A stretch of DNA of 47,087 bases from positions 1-47,087 of IMG/VR virus record IMGVR_UViG_3300033153_007398. One strand, written 5' to 3'. The notes beneath the pieces were generated by a model. It saw nothing but the letters and a program-made list of their open reading frames with translations, was not told the origin of the DNA and made no database searches. This DNA is from a virus. Shown one piece after another: positions 35,456-42,071 of the stretch (position 1 is its first letter; each line of letters starts with the position of its first letter). A program made the translations under genes and the position numbers.

Positions 35456-35500
35456 CTATTGTTACATTTGTTATGTTTGATTCAATTGTTACGTTTGTTA
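35456..35500 (-). repeat. array of five contiguous 9-bp iterons (right, inverted)
   Basis: Read on the - strand: TAACAAACG TAACAATTG AATCAAACA TAACAAATG TAACAATAG. Confidence 0.7.
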
Positions 35501-35549
35501 CACCTTTCTTCTATTATGTTATTACCTATTAATTATAAAGGAGATTATT

Positions 35550-35750
35550 ATGACCAAACCAACTATCACTAATCAATCCATCAAAGATTATATGGGTCAA
35601 TTGACTAAGGTTAAGAAGGATAGAAGGCATAAGCCAAGAGTTGGCATAGATGTTAATGCTATTCCATTACTAGCCGATAAAGAAAGATCACACCTTAGTG
35701 GATTAGTTATTGCTGACTTTCTTAAAGATTTAGTTAATAAAGGAGAGTAA
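35550..35750 (+). CDS. hypothetical protein (66 aa)
   Basis: ORF track. AAAGGAGATTATT-ATG context. Confidence 0.5.
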   Translation: MTKPTITNQSIKDYMGQLTKVKKDRRHKPRVGIDVNAIPLLADKERSHLSGLVIADFLKDLVNKGE

Positions 35751-35752
35751 TT

Positions 35753-36058
35753 ATGCCTAAAGACACGCAATTTGGCAAACCTAGTTTGCTCCCAGGGGAT
35801 ATAGTTAAAGACAAGGCCACTGGAACTATTATGGTTATAATAGAAGCTCGTGCTATAATTAATGGTTCTGCAGTTCATTGGAATGAAGAATTACCTAAAG
35901 TAATCGAGCATAGTTGGAATTCTTGTTATTCAACTCAAACACTCCCTAAATATAAAAACAACCTAAGAAAAGCTGCTTGGTGGGATCTAGATGAATTAGA
36001 ATTAGTTGAATATGGAATACTCCATAAATATTTAAGATTAGTGCTATCCAATTATTAA
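35753..36058 (+). CDS. hypothetical protein (101 aa)
   Basis: ORF track. AAAGGAGAG RBS. Confidence 0.5.
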   Translation: MPKDTQFGKPSLLPGDIVKDKATGTIMVIIEARAIINGSAVHWNEELPKVIEHSWNSCYSTQTLPKYKNNLRKAAWWDLDELELVEYGILHKYLRLVLSNY

Positions 36059-36272
36059 ATGATAAAGAAAATATTATGAATAGCCTCAAATGCCTAACTA
36101 ATAATCTATCAGCTGCATTGGAAAATCCACTTAATTGGATTAGAATAAAACGGCTAAGGAAACTCTTGGTCAAAGTTACTATTATTAACCATAGTTACAG
36201 TAAAGAAGGATTATTATGATCAGATGGAAAGTAGTTAAAGTTCTTACTTAAATTAAATAGTTCTATTAACCC

Positions 36273-36299
36273 AACTACTATGAATTAATCATAATAGTT
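36273..36299. repeat. 27-nt palindromic element, copy 5
   Basis: aactactatgaattaatcataatagtt. Lies upstream of the AAAAGGAGG/TTG micro-ORF at 36334. Confidence 0.8.
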
Positions 36300-36333
36300 A
36301 TAATTATTAATCTAATAAAAAGGAGGAATTATA

Positions 36334-36444
36334 TTGATACCAAAATTAGCACCAATACTTAAAGAAACATTCATTAGATCAATTTTGGTCGCCGGAGTAG
36401 TTATCGGTGGTTATTGTTTGATAGTTATTCTATTTTGCTTTTAA
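36334..36444 (+). CDS. small membrane protein (36 aa), TTG start
   Basis: AAAAGGAGG lies 7 nt before the TTG. Hand translation MIPKLAPILKETFIRSILVAGVVIGGYCLIVILFCF has one TM segment. Confidence 0.35.
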   Translation: MIPKLAPILKETFIRSILVAGVVIGGYCLIVILFCF

Positions 36445-36472
36445 TTATTAATTAACATTAAGGAGAAACATT

Positions 36473-36841
36473 ATGGAGAATTTAGAAAATACAGAAGTTA
36501 TTTATACTTATAAATACTCAGGAATAACACACACTTTTGATTGTATCGTAACTGGCTATGAGTTTGACATTGGTATATCTATCCAAGAGAAGGATAATCC
36601 TGATCACTATGTATTATGTATGAATGGGCCTAGCAGCCCAATATGGGCAAGATATAAGCAGTATCATATTGATAACAATCTTGAATATTCTGAAGAAGCC
36701 CAGCTTGAAGAATATAATAAACAGTTTGAATATGTTACTACCCAAATTAAGTCTGGTACAGTTCTACCTTTTTTAACAGCTGGGATGATTGGACTACTAT
36801 ACAACGAAATAGACAGCTATATTTATCCTCAGTCTTTATAA
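36473..36841 (+). CDS. hypothetical protein (122 aa)
   Basis: ORF track. TAAGGAGAAACATT-ATG. Confidence 0.5.
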   Translation: MENLENTEVIYTYKYSGITHTFDCIVTGYEFDIGISIQEKDNPDHYVLCMNGPSSPIWARYKQYHIDNNLEYSEEAQLEEYNKQFEYVTTQIKSGTVLPFLTAGMIGLLYNEIDSYIYPQSL

Positions 36842-36897
36842 TTGACTACTTCGCTACCATTAAGGCTAAAGATATAGGTGGAAAGGAGGCTAATTCT

Positions 36898-37074
36898 ATT
36901 GCAATTAACTTTAGTGAGGAAGTTTGGTTCTTAGGTTTTGGAGTTATTGGTCATACACTAATAACTAACTTCCTTGTTAAAAATAATCCTACTCTTGTAT
37001 CCTTATGGCAAGTAGGATTTATGATTACTGGCACAGGAAGTACCATTGTTACATTAACTTATTGTTTTAGATAA
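36898..37074 (+). CDS. candidate small membrane protein (58 aa) with a non-canonical ATT start
   Basis: Strong AGGAGG (36884-36889) lies 8 nt before an ATT. The frame stays open for 59 codons and encodes two hydrophobic segments (VWFLGFGVIGHTLITNFLV, VGFMITGTGSTIVTLTYCF). No ATG/GTG/TTG in frame until the atg at 37021 (residue 42). Confidence 0.25.
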   Translation: MAINFSEEVWFLGFGVIGHTLITNFLVKNNPTLVSLWQVGFMITGTGSTIVTLTYCFR

Positions 37075-37087
37075 AGGAGAAATTATT

Positions 37088-37456
37088 ATGAGAACTATTA
37101 AGAAGAACATCCATGCTGCACATAAAAGACTATATTATTGGTGCGCTGAAAATCCTGATAAGGATAAAAGGGATTGGCCAGAGTGGAGTTATTGGGAGAC
37201 TTTAGAATCTGCTGCTCAAGATAACCCTAACACTGCATTTAATCACTGCTTTGCTTGTGCTGCTGCCATATATGATTGTACAAATTGTCCTATTGATTGG
37301 AATAGTTTACGGATTGTTCCTTGTCTTTCTCTTAACAGCTTTTATCAAAAATATAGAAACAGTACTAATGCTAAGAATAAATCTGCTCTGGCCAGAGTGA
37401 TGGCAGAACTTCCCTGGAATGGCCCAAAGATAATAACATTTAAAATTCTTGATTAA
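37088..37456 (+). CDS. Cys-cluster protein (122 aa)
   Basis: ORF track. The CFACAAAIYDCTNCPID...C cluster is shared with the 46105 gene product. Confidence 0.5.
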   Translation: MRTIKKNIHAAHKRLYYWCAENPDKDKRDWPEWSYWETLESAAQDNPNTAFNHCFACAAAIYDCTNCPIDWNSLRIVPCLSLNSFYQKYRNSTNAKNKSALARVMAELPWNGPKIITFKILD

Positions 37457-37468
37457 AGGAGAACTATT

Positions 37469-37648
37469 ATGTCTATTTCAAAAAGAACTTTGCTTAAAAT
37501 AAGATCAGAAGCATTAAACGACCTTCAAGATTTTGAAAATAAAGATCCTGGTGGGTTAGTACTAAAAGAAATCCAAATTATCAGATTGGCAACTCATAAT
37601 CTTCAATTAACCCAAGAATTAATAGATCAACATTTACTAAAGAAATAA
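37469..37648 (+). CDS. small hypothetical protein (59 aa; below the ORF-track cut-off)
   Basis: AAAGGAGAACTATT-ATG. Hand translation begins MSISKRTLLKIRSEALNDLQDFENKDPGG and ends QELIDQHLLKK. Confidence 0.45.
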   Translation: MSISKRTLLKIRSEALNDLQDFENKDPGGLVLKEIQIIRLATHNLQLTQELIDQHLLKK

Positions 37649-37651
37649 TCA

Positions 37652-37680
37652 TTGACAACTATGTTAAAAAATGTTATAAT
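37652..37680 (+). promoter_or_regulatory. perfect-consensus sigma70 extended -10 promoter
   Basis: TTGACA (37652-37657), a 17-nt spacer ending in TGT (37672-37674), then TATAAT (37675-37680). Intergenic, 40 nt before the 37720 gene. Confidence 0.75.
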
Positions 37681-37719
37681 GTTTTATTATTCTCACTTAT
37701 AATAATAGAGGTAATTATC

Positions 37720-37947
37720 ATGCAACCAAATCATCCTAAGCCAGACAGTTTACCAAAGAATAAAAGATATTATGGAAAGTATTTACAATTTATAAAACCC
37801 TTATCTGAATTAATCTCACCATTCCAACCAGTCAATAGTTCCAAACCATCGGCAACCCTTATTAAATATAGAAAGAGAAGAAAACATCTGGCCAAAATAG
37901 CTATTAAATCTAGAAAGAGGAATCAAAGACCTTATCTACTAATGTAA
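37720..37947 (+). CDS. highly basic proline/lysine-rich protein (75 aa)
   Basis: ORF track. AGAGGT RBS. First gene after the perfect-consensus promoter at 37652. Confidence 0.5.
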   Translation: MQPNHPKPDSLPKNKRYYGKYLQFIKPLSELISPFQPVNSSKPSATLIKYRKRRKHLAKIAIKSRKRNQRPYLLM

Positions 37948-38001
37948 TATAAGAAGGATTACTTAATTAGCTTATCTTAGTATAGTAATAAAGGAGAAGT
38001 T

Positions 38002-38076
38002 ATGATATTTATAGCAATCATAGTATTCATTAGTTGTTTAGTTCTTATAGATAAACTAGAATCTAATGAGGAATAG
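38002..38076 (+). CDS. micro-ORF encoding a single TM segment (24 aa)
   Basis: AAAGGAGAAGTT-ATG. Translation MIFIAIIVFISCLVLIDKLESNEE. Confidence 0.3.
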   Translation: MIFIAIIVFISCLVLIDKLESNEE

Positions 38077-38081
38077 TTATC

Positions 38082-38249
38082 ATGAGAACTTTTATACTAA
38101 TATCTATTGTAATCCTTGGAGCTATTTTATTAAAGATAATTAATTTAATATTTAGTAAGCACAAAAGCACCAAGGAATATAATAAGCTAACTAAGCAATT
38201 AAGAAAGATCAAAGAAAGAAAGGATAATAAATGGCCACAGCAACGATAA
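38082..38249 (+). CDS. small membrane protein (55 aa)
   Basis: GAGGA RBS. Translation begins MRTFILISIVILGAILLKIINLIF, followed by a basic tail. Overlaps the next gene start. Confidence 0.35.
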   Translation: MRTFILISIVILGAILLKIINLIFSKHKSTKEYNKLTKQLRKIKERKDNKWPQQR

Positions 38250-38608
38250 GTGCAAGAATTGAAGTCAAAACCATGGCTTCTTTACTTAAGTTCTTCCGAA
38301 CCCAAAAGAATTATAACATAAATACTTCAGGTGAACTCATTAAGGAAAGCTGTAACTTACTCCACTGCTTTTTAAAAGACTTAACACTCTATAAACCAGT
38401 TACTTCCACTGAAGAGGCTCTCGTTATATTAGATGGATTTAGTATAAGGAATAAGGCTCAAATCTTAAGAAGTGAATCTCTAAAAGCTTTGGGTAGGGAG
38501 AGAGTAGCAGAAATCTTATCTGATCAATTTGCTCCAATAAAAGATACTGGGCCAAACGATTCTGATATAATGGAAGAGATTCTTAATAGAGCTAATAAAA
38601 AGGAATAA
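38231..38608 (+). CDS. hypothetical protein (125 aa), weakly RHH-like N-terminus
   Basis: ORF track. TISARIEVKTMASLLKFF resembles a ribbon-helix-helix strand plus helix (weak). Confidence 0.5.
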   Translation: MATATISARIEVKTMASLLKFFRTQKNYNINTSGELIKESCNLLHCFLKDLTLYKPVTSTEEALVILDGFSIRNKAQILRSESLKALGRERVAEILSDQFAPIKDTGPNDSDIMEEILNRANKKE

Positions 38609-38611
38609 ACA

Positions 38612-38866
38612 ATGGACTCAATAACTTCAAACCTATTCTGTGCAACAGTTGGCTGTTATAATAAGCCTAAACTAATCCCGGATAAAAGCCAACCATCTGT
38701 TAGAACTAACTTAAGCAAACTAGATAAATATAAGATATGTAGATTTATAGTCTCATATCCGTCTATCATTGGGATGTATTGTACTAAGTGTTCACAAAAG
38801 AAGGTTAATTATCCAGGTTATGTAAGTGGTACTTGGAAGGCTGGATGTCCAGTTGTTAAACAATAA
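38612..38866 (+). CDS. Cys-containing hypothetical protein (84 aa)
   Basis: ORF track. AAAAAGGAA RBS. Confidence 0.5.
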   Translation: MDSITSNLFCATVGCYNKPKLIPDKSQPSVRTNLSKLDKYKICRFIVSYPSIIGMYCTKCSQKKVNYPGYVSGTWKAGCPVVKQ

Positions 38867-38888
38867 CTATTAACAAGGAGGTATTATC

Positions 38889-39284
38889 ATGACTACAAAA
38901 GCCGCAGAAAGACTCTACTTAGCACAACATTTATATCAGATGGAAGGTAAAAGAATAGCTATTTATAACCCTAATAATATTGTTATAGATAAATTACCGA
39001 TTATCTATGGCTTTAACAATGGAGGTTCCCGTAGTTGGTATAATGGTTGCTTAATATCTGAAGATGGGGAAGGTTTAGGAGGACATACATGCTCACATGA
39101 ATCATATATGCTACATGATCTAGGTATTCTTGAAGATACCAGACCAGATAGACATAAAGATTTTAGAAAATATTACCCGGGCGGTTATAGAATGATGTTT
39201 ATCTCTTTAAATGATGTCAAAGCCCATGAAGGATTAACAGAAGCTTATAGACTTAACCAATTAAAAGCAAGTAATAAATCATAA
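38889..39284 (+). CDS. hypothetical protein (131 aa)
   Basis: ORF track. AAGGAGG RBS. Its stop overlaps the 39283 palindrome copy. Confidence 0.5.
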   Translation: MTTKAAERLYLAQHLYQMEGKRIAIYNPNNIVIDKLPIIYGFNNGGSRSWYNGCLISEDGEGLGGHTCSHESYMLHDLGILEDTRPDRHKDFRKYYPGGYRMMFISLNDVKAHEGLTEAYRLNQLKASNKS

Positions 39285-39308
39285 CTATCATGAATTAATC
39301 ATAATAGT
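39283..39308. repeat. 27-nt palindromic element, copy 6
   Basis: aactatcatgaattaatcataatagt. Starts inside the TAA stop (39282-39284) and abuts AAGGAGG of the 39326 gene. Confidence 0.8.
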
Positions 39309-39325
39309 AAGGAGGCAATACTATC

Positions 39326-39766
39326 ATGACTTTAGCTGAAAAAGGTAAGCAGCATTCAGTAGGAGAGTTAATAGATGGAAATAATCGTACAATACACCTT
39401 CTACCAGCACCAGTAGAACCCACCATAGCTACTCATATTAATACTAATAACATTGACCATGCAAGATCAGTCTATTCAAAACTAAGAAAACTCCTCATAA
39501 GTGAGCAGAAACAACTATCATCTATCAACCGAATCATGCAAAAACATTTATCTAGATGTAATAAGCTAATTAAGCAGATGGAGATTATAGATAAAGAGCT
39601 TGCTGAAAAAGATGGTAGATTAACTAAGTGTAAAACTAAGTTAGCTCCAAAAATTAAAGCCCAAAAGAGCGAAGATGTTATTTTACAAGACTATCTTGAA
39701 ACTCTAAGTCCTTATCAAAAAGATAGATTTGTTGAGAAACTTAAGTTATTAGGCAAACCTGTATAA
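39326..39766 (+). CDS. coiled-coil hypothetical protein (146 aa)
   Basis: ORF track. AAGGAGG RBS. The C-terminal LQDYLETLSPYQKDRFVEKLK motif is shared with the 191..433 product. Confidence 0.5.
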   Translation: MTLAEKGKQHSVGELIDGNNRTIHLLPAPVEPTIATHINTNNIDHARSVYSKLRKLLISEQKQLSSINRIMQKHLSRCNKLIKQMEIIDKELAEKDGRLTKCKTKLAPKIKAQKSEDVILQDYLETLSPYQKDRFVEKLKLLGKPV

Positions 39767-39796
39767 GTAAAACAATTAAATCTATTAAAATAAATA

Positions 39797-39825
39797 TTGA
39801 TCACTATATAATTATGTGTTACAAT
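39797..39825 (+). promoter_or_regulatory. sigma70-type extended -10 promoter of the G+C-rich cassette
   Basis: TTGATC (39797-39802), a 17-nt spacer ending in TGT (39817-39819), then TACAAT (39820-39825). Intergenic. Confidence 0.65.
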
Positions 39826-39890
39826 GCATTTAAATCAATTACAAAATTGTAGTACAAACCAACAACACTTAACTTTGAAAGGAAATTAAA

Positions 39891-40262
39891 ATGACCGACG
39901 AACAAACAGATCCACAAGAGGCAAAAGTAAAAGAGCCAGGTACTATCAGCGCTCGAACAGGACAACTCTCAGGAACAGTACAACTTGTAATTGCTGTAGA
40001 TCTTAAGGACATGCTTAAGAAATATGGAGAGCAAGCTGTATTTGATACGGCGATGACTGGGGCTACACTTGAAGTGCAGTCCGGCATTCGCAGATGTTTA
40101 AACAATGGTAGCGACCCACAAGCTTTTGTTGATGACTGGAAGCTTGGTGAGTCTACAAGAATCCCTGCCGCCTCCAAGGAGAATGCTGCGATCGCTACAT
40201 TTAAGAATATGGACCCAGAGAAGAGAGCCGAAGTACTTAGAGCTATGGGAGTTGAGATCTAA
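39891..40262 (+). CDS. hypothetical protein (123 aa) in a G+C-rich stand-alone cassette
   Basis: ORF track. My 60-nt hand count gives about 47% G+C, against about 33% in the neighbouring gene. Has its own promoter (39797) and a strong terminator (40312). Confidence 0.6.
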   Translation: MTDEQTDPQEAKVKEPGTISARTGQLSGTVQLVIAVDLKDMLKKYGEQAVFDTAMTGATLEVQSGIRRCLNNGSDPQAFVDDWKLGESTRIPAASKENAAIATFKNMDPEKRAEVLRAMGVEI

Positions 40263-40311
40263 GTTAAACCCTTAGTAGCCAGCTATTTCTGAGCTGGAAT
40301 AATCGGGTTAT

Positions 40312-40353
40312 GTAGCCAAGCTAATAATGCCTCGTTAGCTTGGCTACTTTTTT
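40312..40353 (+). terminator. rho-independent terminator
   Basis: Perfect 12-bp stem gtagccaagcta / tagcttggctac (40312-40323 / 40336-40347) followed by TTTTTT (40348-40353). Lies 50 nt after the stop of the 39891 gene. Confidence 0.8.
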
Positions 40354-40402
40354 ATTCAAATTTAAAAAACATCAATTTGCATTATTTAATTGAGGTGATA
40401 AT

Positions 40403-40567
40403 ATGACTAAAAATGAGTTTAAAGTACTTATACATAAATATAAAATATCTGTTGAATTAGATCATGTTAAAGGCGGAGGTCATCCTGATGATATGCCCTT
40501 AATAGAAGAAGAGCTTGAAAAAGCATATCAAAATCTCCTAAATGCATATGATAAAATAAAAGGTTAA
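40403..40567 (+). CDS. small hypothetical protein (54 aa; below the ORF-track cut-off)
   Basis: TGAGGTGATAAT-ATG. Translation begins MTKNEFKVLIHKYKISVELDHVKGGGHPDD and ends NAYDKIKG. Confidence 0.4.
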   Translation: MTKNEFKVLIHKYKISVELDHVKGGGHPDDMPLIEEELEKAYQNLLNAYDKIKG

Positions 40568-40572
40568 AACCA

Positions 40573-40851
40573 ATGAATAAATTAAAATACTTCATATTAT
40601 TAGTTGGATGTTGTACTTTAATTGGTTGTGCTGATTCAGTAAGTTTTGAACAAGCCTTAAAAATGGAATTGGTAGGTTTTTGGTATGGTTTATGGCATGG
40701 TATAGTAGCTCCATTTGCATGGATTATATCTTTACTTAGTGATAGTACAGCTATTTATGCGATATACAATAATGGTGGATGGTATGACTTTGGATTTATG
40801 CTAGGAATAGGTGGATTATCTTCATCTGCTACTATAAATAATAGGAAATAA
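40573..40851 (+). CDS. putative lipoprotein / membrane protein (92 aa)
   Basis: Signal peptide with a lipobox (LLVGCCTLIGC, L-I-G-C), followed by hydrophobic segments. Confidence 0.55.
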   Translation: MNKLKYFILLVGCCTLIGCADSVSFEQALKMELVGFWYGLWHGIVAPFAWIISLLSDSTAIYAIYNNGGWYDFGFMLGIGGLSSSATINNRK

Positions 40852-40855
40852 TTTA

Positions 40856-41776
40856 ATGGGTAAACGAAAAGGCATAATGCTCTGCTATCCCTTTGAGGAA
40901 AAGCGTTTACTCAAATGGGGATTCCCAGAGAACCCAGTTATAGTTCAACGTAAACTAAATGGCAGAAGATGTGTTGCTTTGGCAGATGGAACACTCTTAT
41001 CAAGTGAACAGAATAAAATAATATCTATCCCACATATAAATAGAGCTATTAGAGATCTTAATTTAGACAATTGTGAAAAGAGAGACGGTGAACTATATGT
41101 ACATGGCTGGTCAAAAAATGAAATAGACTCAGTAGTAAGTCCTACTGTAAATATATCCTCAAATTATGAAGAAATGCAATTCCATATGTTTGATACTCCA
41201 ATTTTAAATTGTAACTTATATAAACAACTAAATAGCCCACAATATAGAAGATTAGCTATCTTAAATAGATCAATTATAAATCACCCACTATTCATAGTAC
41301 AATCTTATGTAGTAGATTCAAAAATAAAGTTATGGGAGTTACTAAATCAATTTATAGATGAAGGTTACGAAGGTATGGTAGTTAAATCCTTCGCTAATAT
41401 ATATGAAGAAAAACGATCAACTAGCTGGATGAAATTTAAACCTTGCAAAGATGATTGGTATACTATTGTAGGATATAGAGAAGAGATTAGTAAAGATGGT
41501 ATGCCAAAAAGTCAACTTGGTTCATTAAGATGTATGGGAGATGATGGGACAGAGTTTGGTGTTGGTAGCTTTACTTTAACCAAGGAGATAAGATCGAAAT
41601 ATGGTACATTAAATAACCTTAAACAAGAACTTTGGAAGATCAGAAGTAGTTTAGTAGGTAAAACTTGTCATATTAGCTACCAACACACTAGCAAAACTGT
41701 CCCATTATCTTCTATTTTTATTGAAGTTGGTGAAGGCAACCCAGAGCTAGGAGAAGTTTTTAATCCACTTTTATAA
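40856..41776 (+). CDS. ATP-dependent DNA ligase
   Basis: Nucleotidyltransferase motifs I (QRKLNGRR, with the catalytic K), III (DGELYVHG), IV (YEGMVVK) and V (WMKFKP), in order and with appropriate spacing. Confidence 0.8.
   Translation: MGKRKGIMLCYPFEEKRLLKWGFPENPVIVQRKLNGRRCVALADGTLLSSEQNKIISIPHINRAIRDLNLDNCEKRDGELYVHGWSKNEIDSVVSPTVNISSNYEEMQFHMFDTPILNCNLYKQLNSPQYRRLAILNRSIINHPLFIVQSYVVDSKIKLWELLNQFIDEGYEGMVVKSFANIYEEKRSTSWMKFKPCKDDWYTIVGYREEISKDGMPKSQLGSLRCMGDDGTEFGVGSFTLTKEIRSKYGTLNNLKQELWKIRSSLVGKTCHISYQHTSKTVPLSSIFIEVGEGNPELGEVFNPLL
41097..41115 (+). repeat. 19-bp exact direct repeat, copy 1 (inside the ligase gene)
   Basis: atgtacatggctggtcaaa. Encodes VHGWSK of ligase motif III region. 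Confidence 0.85.
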
Positions 41777-41794
41777 ATTGAAAGGACAATTATC

Positions 41795-42061
41795 ATGGAT
41801 GTACATGGCTGGTCAAAGGATGTATTAATGCTAAAAGTTAAAAGAACTAAACAACCAACAATGTTGCAAATTAAGAATATGGCTCTTAATTTAGGTGCTA
41901 GATATAATAAATATTCAAATATACTTGTAGAATATAGAGCTTTTAGATCATCCCAAAAAGCAGTCTATGGAGTTTATATAGAAACTATTACTACTGGTGG
42001 TGGATTATATTTAGGAACTTGGAAAAAACTCCAAGATAAATATTTTAAACTTATGAAATAA
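41795..42061 (+). CDS. hypothetical protein (88 aa)
   Basis: ORF track. GAAAGGA RBS. Residues 3-8 (VHGWSK) are encoded within a 19-nt exact copy of a ligase segment. Confidence 0.45.
   Translation: MDVHGWSKDVLMLKVKRTKQPTMLQIKNMALNLGARYNKYSNILVEYRAFRSSQKAVYGVYIETITTGGGLYLGTWKKLQDKYFKLMK
41799..41817 (+). repeat. 19-bp exact direct repeat, copy 2 (5' end of the 41795 gene)
   Basis: Identical 19-mer in the same reading frame (M-D-VHGWSK). Confidence 0.85.
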
Positions 42062-42071
42062 AGGTTATTAT

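Noticed and set aside
35314-35532. 72-aa + strand ORF from the ORF track
   Set aside because: It lies entirely within the iteron / A6T11 / tandem-repeat region. It has no Shine-Dalgarno, and its low-complexity translation (FFFLYYLNILSYYTNYIKY) is dictated by the repeats. I treat it as non-coding regulatory or origin DNA.
36473-37074. Programmed -1 frameshift joining the 36473 gene to the downstream membrane-peptide frame
   Set aside because: The -1 frame is open across the stop, but I found no X_XXY_YYZ slippery heptamer or downstream pseudoknot-like structure near 36820-36841. The strong SD at 36884 argues for independent initiation.
39869-40177. 102-aa antisense ORF opposite the 39891 gene
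   Set aside because: It is a shadow frame kept open by the locally high G+C. It has no RBS, and the sense gene has a promoter, an SD and a terminator.
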